Shown here: positions 1-10,440 of the stretch, piece by piece
How the letters are laid out: every line of letters begins with the position of its first letter
Position numbering within the stretch: the first letter of the stretch is position 1
Assembly (NCBI GenBank): GCA_026025795.1
Contig: JAPEUG010000110.1
Location: forward strand, 1-44,489
From: Thelocarpon superellum
Taxonomy: Eukaryota
Direction: 5' to 3'
DNA: 44,489 bases
The notes under the pieces: model-generated
The model's input: the letters and a program-made list of their open reading frames with translations, nothing else
Database searches by the model: none
Told to the model about the DNA's origin: nothing
Translations under genes and position numbers: made by a program

Positions 1-299
1 GTCACGCAGGGCAACAAGGCGCTCATGATCTTCGAAGAGTCCGTCAAGGTCGAGGCGGGCCGTCGCGGAGTCGAGCACCTCGGCACGTGGAATATGAGCG
101 TCCAGAGCAACAAATTTGATGGGGTGTCAGTACCTTTCCTCCCCGCTCTACCTACAGTACCTCTTGGGTCGGGTAGATGCAAGCCAGGCTGACGTGTGGC
201 ATGGTCCACCTATACAGACACGTCGATCTCAAGGGCAATCTGATCAAAGCCATGATGCTGATCAACTGGCTGAACTTGCTGGAGGTGGAGAAGCATTAG
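1..299 (+). CDS. 3' end of a conserved fungal protein with an SGNH-type DxxH motif (possibly Cap64/Cas3-like); 5' truncated
   Basis: Frame 1 is open from base 1 (VTQGNKALMIFEESVKVEAGRRGVEHLGTWNMSVQSNKFDG). Intron 126-217 (gtcagt..gctgac..cag) joins it to V-HVDLKGNLIKAMMLINWLNLLEVEKH*, with TAG at 297-299. The DGVH motif spans the splice junction. The family assignment is from memory and tentative. Confidence 0.7.
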
Positions 300-391
300 T
301 CTCTCCCAACCGTGTTTCCGCCGGTCGAAGAGACGACGTAGGTGCGGGTGATGAGCCTGGAGTACCTTGCTGCTTTAATGACCTAGTAGTC

Positions 392-2331
392 CTAGCTATG
401 TGTGATATCATCCTTCTTCAACCCGCTTGGCGTGTCCAAGATCATGGCGTCCTGCTCTTGCTCTTGCTCTTGCTCTTCTCTTCCATCCTTTGCTGTACCC
501 TCTTCTCCCTTCTCACCATCCTCCTCTTCCTCCTCCTCCTCCTCCTCCTCCTCCTCCTCCTCCTCCTCCTCCTCCTCCTCCTCGTCGCTATCTTCCTCCC
601 CCTCACCAAGCCCGAGAATAATGTCGGACCCACTCTCAGACTCACTGCTGATCGACACGTCCGAATCCCCATTGAGACTACTGTGATCCGGCGACATCCC
701 TCGCTCGATATTTGCCTTTTGCTTCGCGAGCGCGCGCTCGAGCGTCTTCAGCGCCGCGGCCTTGCGCACCAGCCGAGCCTCCTTGTGGGCCAGTGCCCTT
801 GCGCGTTTCAGGTTGCGTGCGGCTTCGAGGCGCGTAGAGATGAGCTTTTTGAGCTTCGGTGACGCTTCGCTGCTGGCGACTGCTGCTGCTTGTAGGGCCG
901 GGGCATTTGGGCCGGATCGGGACGTAGTGCCGTCCGTTGGGTCGTACGTTAGGAGCGCCGAGGGGAGTCCTGGCCGGTGGAGCGCTTGCAGGAAGACTGA
1001 GGGGTCGTCCTCGGTCGTCGTCGTGGTCGTGGTGATGGGGACTGAAGCTGTCATCTGGCATCGAATGTAGTATCCGACCGGTACCGTGCCGGATGATGGG
1101 TAAGCCTTGGTGGGATCCGCAAGACCCGGCTCGAACCGCGGCTTGACCACGTGGTCCAGATGAAGCGTTGGCGAGCTCGCGTTCGGAAAGCCAGTCGGGG
1201 GCAAGACCAGGACATTCGTCACTGGTGCACCAAGGGTCGTGATGTGTCTGCTGAACTTCCGGCTCGACACGTCCCACATCGCCAGGTCGCCGCGGCCGTG
1301 ACCGGAGACCAAGTAGTTTCCTTCGTACACGAGCGCGAGCGTAGACGTCGGGCCAAGGTCTTGGCCGGCGGCGACCCATCGGTCCGCGCTGGGGGGTTGA
1401 ATGGGCCCGGACTGGCCGGCAAGCTGATGAAGCGGGTGATGCAGCGGTTGGGACGCAAAGAGGTCCACCAGCTGCACCGATCCGTCGTCAAAGCCCGTGT
1501 AAAAGGCACGGTCGCAGGGGTCGATCGTGAGGCTGATCGGAGCGTGCGGCAAGAGAAAGGTACGGAGCAGATCGCCCGTGCGGTAGTTCCATACCACACA
1601 CGTGCTATCTTTCGCGGCGGTCACTGCAATCGCCGCGTGCGACACGGAATGACCGGTCCGTAAGGCAGTGATGGCGCCCCGATGGTTGGACAACGTGTGC
1701 AGCGGGGACGACGCCGGGTCCTCGGCGGTATGTGACGAGAAAGACAGCAACGAGGGGAGGCACCAGACGTGGACGTTGCCGTCCGCCGAGCCCGACAAGA
1801 GATAGCATCCGTCAGGCGACACGGCGACGGCCGTCACGGCCAACACGTGAGATTGGGCGGGCGAGATCTGACGGCCCGTGGCTACCTATTCGCAGAGGTC
1901 AGGGTGAGGACGTTGGGCGTCGGACGATGTCGCGCGAAGAATAAGCTCACCTCCCAGAGAATGACTCGGCCCTCCTCGGTGCCGACCGCGAGCACCCCGA
2001 CCCCGCCCTCGTCGCCGGCAAAGGCGAGACTGCGGATCCGCTCCTGGAAGGGGACGGTGGCCTCTTGATGGCCACGGTCGCGCGAGTAGACATGCACGAC
2101 CGCCTTGTCGGCCTGTGCCGCAAAGACATGGCTCGCGCTGACGGCCAAGCCGTTGGCTGGCGTCGAGCTCTTCTTGAAGCTGCTCTGCACCGAATGGGAA
2201 GGGTGCAGCTGGTGCATCAACACGCCGGTCGGCCTTGATGCGGCAGATGCGGATGCGGCATTTTCGCTCGTCTTCTGGAGCGGCTGATCATTGGACCGCA
2301 GGGTCGAGGTGACCAAAAGCTCGGTGAGCAT
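392..2331 (-). CDS. IPI3: Pre-rRNA-processing WD40 protein Ipi3 (Rix1 complex)
   Basis: Exons 2331-1951 and 1885-392; intron 1950-1886 (gtgagc..ctgac..tag). Motifs: MLTELLVTS, SFKKSSTPANGLAVSASHVFAAQADKAVVHVY, QEATVPFQERIRSL, and WD repeats (LLSGSADGNVHVW, TAAKDSTCVVW). Basic then acidic C-terminal tail. Confidence 0.9.
520..585. repeat. (TCC)n microsatellite encoding poly-Glu in the Ipi3 C-terminus
   Basis: About 20 consecutive tcc units, translated as a poly-E run on the minus strand. Confidence 0.95.
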
Positions 2332-2764
2332 CGTGCATCGACCATAGTCACGTCTGCGAGGGACCTCTAGTGCCCAAGGGCGTTGGAAGAATCTCGAGAT
2401 ATTGGATCAGATCAGCCGAGATCTGCGAGATAAGATGAGCTGACGCGCCTTCATTGGACTCGGTTGGCGCCCAAAGACGAGTCCTGTCGGTCCGCCCACC
2501 ACAAGTGTCTGGTGCAGGTGGAGTGCTGGGGTGCTGGGGTGCTGTGGTGCTGGGGTGGTGTGGTGTGGTGCTGGGGTGCTGGGGTGGTGTGCAAGCCTGC
2601 GTGGGCCGGTGGGTGCGCCATATGGGCGGGCCGCTGGACTCGACGGGTTTCGATTGGCCTCGACCCTCGGTGCATCCGGCACTCGGTCGGTCGGCGAGTC
2701 GGCGGCACCGGCGAGGTCCAACCAGACCCGACCGTCCAGACTCCCGGCTTCAGGCGTAGGCTCC

Positions 2765-2828
2765 AGGCTCTGCTCGTAAGGGCTCTACTCGTGAGGGCTC
2801 TACTCGTGAGGGCTCTGCTCGTAGGCTC
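2765..2828. repeat. 15-bp tandem repeat (GGGCTCTRCTCGTRA), about 4 copies
   Basis: ggctctgctcgtaag ggctctactcgtgag ggctctactcgtgag ggctctgctcgtagg. Confidence 0.85.
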
Positions 2829-3496
2829 CCGCTGCACCGACCGGTCTCGCGTGGACGAGACGGCACCAAAAGAGAGCGTCGTCGCGCACCACCCAAGACA
2901 CCCACGACGCCCACGGCACCCTACGTACCCTGCCTGCCCTGCCCACCCAAGACACGGCACACCAGAGGCAGTTTGCCTTGGTAATTGGTACGACATCGAA
3001 GAGCATGGAGAACGGCAGAACAGCTGGCCGTACATGCAGCTCGCCGGGTTTGAAACATTGCCGCAAGCCATGAAGGCACTATACTACTAGCAGCATGGAG
3101 TGATTGCTCCCCATCGACAGCACCGTACCGGCCCCAGCACTGACCCAGCGGCCGCGCACAGTGTCGTCCATGCGAGCTCACTGCACGCCTGGTGCAGACG
3201 CGAAAAGGTGCTATCAAGCCACGGATTGCTGGCGTCCTGTCCCCCGAGCTTTTGTGATCTCCTTCCTGCTCTTCCCGCATGCAAGGTGGCGCACCAAGGT
3301 CTTGCTCCATGGCCCCCGATTGGCCATGACGCACCTCCGTTTTTCCAGCAGACGCCTAGTCCGCTCGTCCTTGGCCGTCACTGGCCCCCTGCATCCTGAG
3401 TACCCTCCACCGAGTCCGCGAAGTGGAGAAGTGATGCATCATTCTGCCATGGCCGTTCATGGTCGCCGCGCTCCTCCGTACCATTTCCTCGGTGTT

Positions 3497-3575
3497 CTCG
3501 TTGCTCTCGTCGCTCTCGTCGCTCTCGTCGCTCTCGTCGCTCTCGTCGCTCTCGTCGCCCTCGTTGCCGTCGTCG
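3497..3575. repeat. 9-bp tandem repeat (CTCGTCGCT), about 8 copies
   Basis: Directly visible; it produces the spurious VALVAL/RATRAT ORFs in the track. Confidence 0.9.
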
Positions 3576-4141
3576 CTCGTCGTGCATCCGGCTTGCTCTC
3601 CTTACCCCCATCGCGCCCCCCGGTTACACCAATGTAACTCGTCTCCCCTTGCTTCTGGATCAACACTGTGATTGCCACCTTGGCCATGCTTCATGCTCCT
3701 CCATGGTCATCCGCTTCTCAATCACGCCGCCCACCGCTACCACCGGTCCGCGGGGCTCCCCATGTCCGTGGCTCCCCCTCGCCGCCCTCCCTCCCGGCCC
3801 GGTTGCCGTCATCTCCAAAGGGGATGGGCACGAGAAACGGAGCTCGCATCAGCCCCTACGCCGTGCACCGCGATGACGATGTCCTCAGACAGCCTCGGTC
3901 ATTACCGACCCTGGCCCAGCATCGCACCAATGCGCGAGGAGATGAGGACCCACGCGGAGGGCCCACTCTGCTCTCCTCTGTCTCCGTCTGACCCCGACGG
4001 CCCCGACGGGTCACTTGCCACGTTCCTCAACGCCTTTTCTACCTGCGCTCCCCAGATTCGTGTATCCATCACTCTTTCCTTCTGTGCCCTCACATTGACC
4101 ATCTTCGCATCGTGGCTCGCGACCGTTACGGCAGAGGCATC

Positions 4142-6275
4142 ATGTTCGATCGCTTCGGTCACGTCTCTGGTGCATCCATCCGGGACCAGTGCATTTCTTC
4201 CGAGGGTGTCTCCAACACCAAGACGAGCGAACAAGGCATTGATTCGTTACCTTCGAGGTCGTCCTCCTTGCTCTCCACGACGTCGCCTCGTCTCCGTCGA
4301 TACGCCCGTCTGATCCACCCGGCGCAGCTCCCGAATTTTCTCTCGCCGCGAGGATTACGATGCTCCCTGACGGACGTCGGCATCTCCGGGCCCCATCGAC
4401 TGCCCTCGCTACATCGCTCGCTGCGGAGAAAGGACCGTGCGAAGCGTCAGAGTCTCACTCCGTCCGATCTCCGCATCTTGCGCCGCTCCAAGTCGTCCTT
4501 GAATTTCACCACACCTCTCGTCGACCACGATGATACCGCCATCGACCACACCTTCTCCATTGATGGTGTGGCGCTGGCCGTGGCCGACACCAAGGCTGAT
4601 CCGGTGCGCATGCCCAGCAAGAACGAGGGTGCTTCGATCATAAACCATCGACCATTGTCACCCTCGAAGCGACAATGCGCGCATCTCTCAAGTTGGTCAT
4701 GTGGAACTGACACTGTATCCGAATCGACGACCATCTCGTCTTCATGGTCGTGCAAGGCCGACCATACCATCCTGGAAAGTGAGAACGAGCAGCCGGAGAC
4801 ACACGTCGAGACTTACGCCTCGAAGACGGCCAATGCCACCGAGGCGCGTCTTGTGCGAGATACTGGCGTGTCCTTGGACGCGTTCGGCGCCCGCGACAGC
4901 TGTTCCGTGTACACTTGGCCCATCGAGCACGCGGCGGAGAGCCAACGACCACGGAGCGGCAACCATTCGGTGGACTCGCCCTTGCTTACGGCCATCGAGA
5001 CCGAAGGGCGATGGGTCAGTAATGATCTGGCGGAAGCGTCATGGTTGGATGACGATTCTGCCCGCGAGGACGTCGAGCGAGCCTCCCTTGACTTTTCTTA
5101 CATCTACCAGGACGTCCTGCAATGCGAAAAGAGCACCTGGCTTGATGACGAGAGCGAAGGGTCGTCTAGTATCGTAAGTCACATTGCTCTGGCGATCGTG
5201 TTCACGACTGACGTTGATCACCTTGAAGGAATACGCCACCATGGCCGTGCCGGGAGCAACGCAGAATGCGGCAGAGTGCAGCGCCGCCGGCAGTTCCAAT
5301 GGCTCTGAGTCGTCGAGCGAATGCGAAAGCGAGCTGTCCCCCGACGAGACCGTGGCGCTGGAACGCGGATACCCGACGCCGCTGAGCCCGAACACGCACA
5401 AGCGGGTAGGATTCGCCTCGGACGCGCTGTCCATCTTTGACGACAAGGCCCGCATCCAATCGATGGAGTATCCGAGCTCGACCAGCCCGACGCTGGTACA
5501 GACGCCGTCCACCGTCACGTCCAGCCCGAGCACGAGTTCATGGACGCAGGATCTACTGGACTTGATCCCCCTTTTGGAATACTCGATCGCCGGATTCCCG
5601 GCCGGCATGTTGCAGCTGGACTCTCCGATCATCACACTCCTTCGCAACACGCGCTCCGCCGGCTCGGACTCGTCACGCGGCTACCGCGACTTCAACTCCA
5701 CAACGACCGAACACCATCTGGCCTACTTTCAGTCGATTTTCCCGCACACGTCCGCCTTCTTACTCTCCAGTCTTTACGCGCATCTGCTCGCCCTGAACCA
5801 CATCATTTCCTTTCGCGCCTCATCCGTCTACATTGCACTGACCTCTCCTCCCCGACCGGCTCCCACTCTCTCCAAAACACCCAGCATCCTCTCGCGCCCG
5901 TCCGCGCTGCACCAGCCGCCCACCAAGGCTCTGGCGCTCCTCGGGCTCCACAGCCCCATCAAGCCCACTCCCACCTCTGCTTCCACACCCACCGCCCCGG
6001 CCACCCCGTCTCGCGAAGAAGCCCTCGCGCAGCGCATCGCGCGCCTCGAGCGCGGTCTCCGCACGTGCGTGCGCAAGCTGATGCTTTGTATCGGGGTTAG
6101 TGGCAACGGCACGGCCGCGGATCCGAGCATGCGCGGCGTGATTCTCGACGACGAGGAACTCGGAGATGAGAACGAGGCTGAACAAGGCCCGGAGGATGAA
6201 TTGGCCATTGTGCTGCGTCAGGTCGTCCTGCTCGCTGAGGAGGAGGCGTGGGTCAGTACTGTGCCTGAGGAGTAG
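4142..6275 (+). CDS. Hypothetical protein: Ser/Asp-rich disordered N-terminal half and a helical C-terminal domain; 5' end uncertain
   Basis: ORFs 4112-5308 and 5184-6275 are joined in frame by intron 5174-5228 (gtaagt..ctgac..aag). The C-terminal segment (FPAGMLQLDSPIITLLR..YFQSIFPHTSAFLLSSLYAHLLALNHI) looks globular. An upstream exon from ATG 3873 is possible but unresolved. Confidence 0.7.
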
Positions 6276-6993
6276 GCCGCACGTGAGACTTGTAGAGGTA
6301 TCTCAGAGGACGAGACCTCACGAACCCTAAGCAAAGAATAGAAATGAGGCAAGAATCTATAAATTAGACCAGGCCACGTCCAACATCCACGGCGTCTCTG
6401 TCTTTTACGTTTCTTCTTTTCTTGGCCCACAATACTGCGAGATGGATAGACAGATGAAGGGATGATTTGTGCATGGATAGCCTTGAAAGTCTGCCCTCTG
6501 TTCTTCTGCGCCTTCCATCATCCATGTTCCATATCTTTCCTCGATCGAACATACAAGTAGCAATGCAGAGCAGCTGAGCGGCTGTGAAGAGCAATAGCAA
6601 GAACACGTAAAGAAGGCTAGACGTCCCTATCTTAATCTATACATGGATGACCTTGACGCGTGAATGATTGATGAGAAAGACAAGAGAGGAAAAGTTGGAG
6701 ACAAAGAAAGAGACGTGGAAACAAGGCACGACAGCGAGAGAGAAAGAGAGAGAGCGTGGTGTCAGAGTCACCCCTGCTCTCCAACTCGATGACATGATGC
6801 AAAACGCCTCTCCAACCCAAACAGAGCAACGCGTAGCATTTGTGAACAACAGGGTGGCATGGGAGCGAAGGCTGGAGATCCATACGTCGGACGGCGATAG
6901 GCGTGGGGAGATCGATTGGATGTGATAGCGACAGTGGCGGTGCTGATATGCGTGTCGTTGATAAGTGCACAGTCGCCTGATATCCTAGACTGG

Positions 6994-7742
6994 TCATCTC
7001 GCCGTTGCACCGCTCCATTTGAACGTCGTAGCCGCTTCCTCGAATCGTGGACCGTCCGGCTTGGTGGTGATGGAAGCGCGAGGTCGGCCCGTTGATTGAG
7101 GAAATGCCGACCGGTAGGCGGAGACATGGACGGTGCGCCAAGGAGGCCGGACCGAAGCAATAGCAGAATGACTGGCGTATGGATGGAGTCTTGTTGTAGA
7201 GCCAGACGCCGAGGGATACGGGTGAGGAGGGACGTCGACGTCCGTCACGCGGTGCTCGTCACGATCCAAGAGCACGCGTCGAATCAGATGCAGCGGCTGC
7301 TGGGCGTCGTCATTGGGGACGCCCGAGCACTTGATGATGGCGTGGTGTAGAGCTCGTCCAAACAGTGAAGTGTCGCACTGGGAGTAGAGACACCGATGGA
7401 CCGTCTGCTTATCGTCAGCTCTCCCTCCTACAGCCCAACGCGCAACGGACGCTGGCTCAGGCGGGCCAAAGGCCGTCGACGTACGCTCTGGAATCTATGG
7501 TCGTTGCAGAAGCAAGCTTGATCCTCCCCGCACGAGCTCACGAATTTGGAATTCTCCCAGCAACGAGGCATGCATTCTACATCCCAAGTTAGCTCGACGT
7601 CCGTCCGCACCGAGGCTGCGAAGTCAGCCAGGGAGGTCCTACCGGGAGCCGGGCCCTCTCGAGCATCGGCCATTGAGCCCGTGAGGAAAGCCGTGGTGCA
7701 GAAGATCAATGCGATGATGACACTCATCCCCCGAGAGGGCAT
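6994..7742 (-). CDS. Secreted CFEM-domain protein (about 222 aa)
   Basis: Exons 7742-7485 and 7404-6994; intron 7484-7405 (gtacgt..ctgac..cag). Hydrophobic signal peptide (SVIIALIFCTTAFLTGSMA). The spliced product has eight Cys with CFEM spacing: C-MPR-C-x9-C-GED-QA-C-F-C-x11-C-LYSQ-C-x15-C. Confidence 0.8.
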
Positions 7743-8275
7743 TCTCGATGTGACGACCCCCAGTCGAGATCAATTGCGTGGGTCAATGATCGCCGCAATC
7801 AATGCGCCAGCCAGGCACGTCCGGAAACCTGTCGATAGATCGAGTGGGGTTCTTGTCGCAGGTCACAAGGATTGAGCGTGGAGAGAACGAGGGAGCGAGC
7901 GAGCGACAGTCTGGTGGTTGAAATGAAGGACAAGATTGGTTACGATAGGAGCTGCGATGCTTGACCCAGCCCCACTGCGTCCTGTTGGCTCCTTGGACGG
8001 GATGAGGAGGGAAGGAGAGACCAGGGTGGAACAAACCCGGAACGGGAAGGCGAACTGAGTGGAAGATCGTAAGATGGTTTGGGCGATGTGATGAAAGGAG
8101 CGCATGTTGAGCTCGTTGACACTTACGCTTCGTCACGATGCAGTCACACATTTCCTTGCGAGGACATATGATCTGCAGGAGTAAACAACATGATGAGAGT
8201 GAAGTGACAGCCGTTCATTGCATTCTCGATGCTCGAGGTCTTCCAGCCGGTACTTCATCGTGGTTCTCGCATCGC

Positions 8276-9633
8276 TCAAAACCAGATCAAATCGATCGAG
8301 TCGTTTTCGGCGCCGTAACGCTTCTTTAACCATGGGTGACTCAAGAAATCGATGGTGGGCATGATAGTCTCCCCTGACGAATTCAGACTGCGATGCTTCT
8401 CATCCTTGTACGATCCATCTACGAGAATTCGCTCCACTTCTCCCACCCACATTGCCCCTGCAGCGTGTCAGCACCGATCCGCTACGGCCACTCCACGCGG
8501 GATCTACCCTACCGCAAACCATGAGATCCAAGAGACGCTGTGGCGTTCCCACGGCAATGCCCATCCTATTCCAATGAGCTCATACCGAGGATGGAGTGGG
8601 GATTGGAGATTGGGACATGCCTCGTGTGATCAAGGTATCTCACGGCTTCTTCAAGCTTGATGTGTTTGGCAAAGAGCTTGCCCACCACGGAATCTTTCGA
8701 TTGGAAGCAGCGTAGGGTACGAATCAGATCGCCGGCGCGCACGGCCGAGAGGGCAACGACGATGGTGTGAGGCGCACCCATCATGTGTGGGGCATAGCCC
8801 AGGGGCAGCTTGGTCTTGCGATAGGTGCCAAAGGCAACGAGGAAGTCTGGGAGGTCGTCCAAGCTCCTGGACTTGGGCCAGATGGTGGTATCCACCCATG
8901 CTTTTTCTGCAAGCCGTCGACGTCAATGGTGAGCCGGGTCAGGACTTGGGCTTGCATGCGTACCGGGAATGAACTTGCCGTCCAGAACCTTGACCTCGAC
9001 GTCGTACCAGTAGTGGATCGCGCGCTGCTGGAACATGGCGGCGAGATGGACCGGTTTCATCATGGTCAGGGCGCGGTGCACAAGGGCGTCGACGATGAGA
9101 TTTCCATCTTCTGGGTCCTCGGGCTTCCGCAAGTTTTCCGTCCTCGGCATGGGCAACTGATCGTGGATCTTGGGCGCGTGATTGGGCGGCTCGTTGGCCT
9201 GGCCCTTTCGCTTGCGTTTCTTCGGAGGGCGCGAGGGTTCCTCGGCGACATAGACCGTCTCCTGCGTGTCCTCCGTGGTCATTTCGGTGTATGTGCCCAC
9301 GGCGGGAGGTGACGGGCCGCTCTGGGAAGGGTGAGCTGCGTATTCGGCGAGGTGACTGGGAGGGTCCTCGGGCGGCGGCGTGGCAAAATCGACGTGGGGA
9401 TGTGCCGGCGCTGGAGGCGGAACCGGAGGCCGGATGTGAGCGGCCGAGTCTGAGGGATTCAAGGGGGTAAAATGGAGTTGGCGGCCCGGAAGTCGGACTG
9501 GTGGGGCGAGATCGGGGCCCGCAATGGCCGACGTCAGCGGGGCAGGGCCGACGGAGGTTGGTTGACCATAGTAGCCCTGAGGGAGGCCGGCCATGACCGG
9601 GGGTGGGATGTAGGTGGGCGTGGGGCCCGACAT
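8276..9633 (-). CDS. CMS1: Cms1-family 90S pre-ribosome protein with a Pro-rich N-terminal region
   Basis: Exons 9633-8964, 8906-8621, 8565-8513 and 8457-8276. Motifs: GAPHTIVVALSAVRAGDLIRTLRCFQSKDSVVGKLFAKHIKL, MGIAVGTPQRLLDL, VERILVDGSYKDEK, and terminal IDLIWF*. Intron 2 is GC-AG. Confidence 0.85.
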
Positions 9634-9644
9634 GGCTCCGGCGA

Positions 9645-9690
9645 CCACGAGCACGAGCACGAGCACGATCACGATCACGAGCACGAGCAC
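9645..9690. repeat. (CACGAG/CACGAT)n hexamer repeat just upstream of the CMS1 start codon
   Basis: cacgagcacgagcacgagcacgatcacgatcacgagcacgagcac. Confidence 0.85.
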
Positions 9691-10440
9691 TCCAACGTTG
9701 CGATGTGGTGAAGTTCAATTTTCTCGACCGACGGTAAGTGGAGCTTGGACCGCAGCTCTCTTAAATCTTTGCCGCGCCGGCACTCACAGGGGCGCTGGCT
9801 ATCCGACCGGCGGCGGGCCGATCCCTCGTTGGATGAGGCTGTCTCCTAAGCGAAAGGCGGTTTGCCGGAGATGCTAGGTCCAGCGACAGGAGGTGGTGTC
9901 GACGCTTGCCGGGTGCCCGGGACCGGCCCCATCTGCGCGCCTTCCTGACGCCCCCGCCCGAGCTTCTGCGCCCCGGGGCACGGCCCGATGGTCCGACTGC
10001 CGTCGTACCCCTGTGCAGCTCATGCACCGTGCGAGCTCATGTGGCCACGCAGGTGGCGGACGCCAATAAACATCCTCGTTCAAGACTCGTCCACTTCCCT
10101 TGCCCACCACCAGCTGCAAGTCTGGATCATCGAGCGAGGTTTGACTACGACAGCGACTAGACCGCGACTCGACCGAGCGCCTCGTGTTACACCGCCTGGC
10201 CATTCGCCCACATTCCTGCCTGCGTCCTGATCACACGCATGGGCACGCGAACCGGCACCCACACGCCTGCACCGCCTGTCGTCCAACTTGCGGTGACAGG
10301 AGCAGAGGGGCATCCGCCCTCGCGTCTCCGGATCAGGCCAAGGGGCCGTGCGGAAGGACTCATCGTTTCGCTATGAATTCTATGGTATGTGCACGTCTTG
10401 CAGCCGCTATCAGGGTCATGGTCCTCGTCCATGGCATTCA

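Noticed and set aside
116..862. 248-aa poly-Leu 'membrane protein' ORF
   Set aside because: It is the reverse complement of the Ipi3 poly-Glu tract.
2400..3700. ORFs of 170-210 aa with LLVRA, VAL or RAT repeats
   Set aside because: Generated by short tandem repeats in the divergent intergenic region; no domain or splice pattern supports them.
9761..10440. Several short ORFs between CMS1 and OYE
   Set aside because: No recognisable motifs, non-ATG starts in many cases, and no consistent exon structure.
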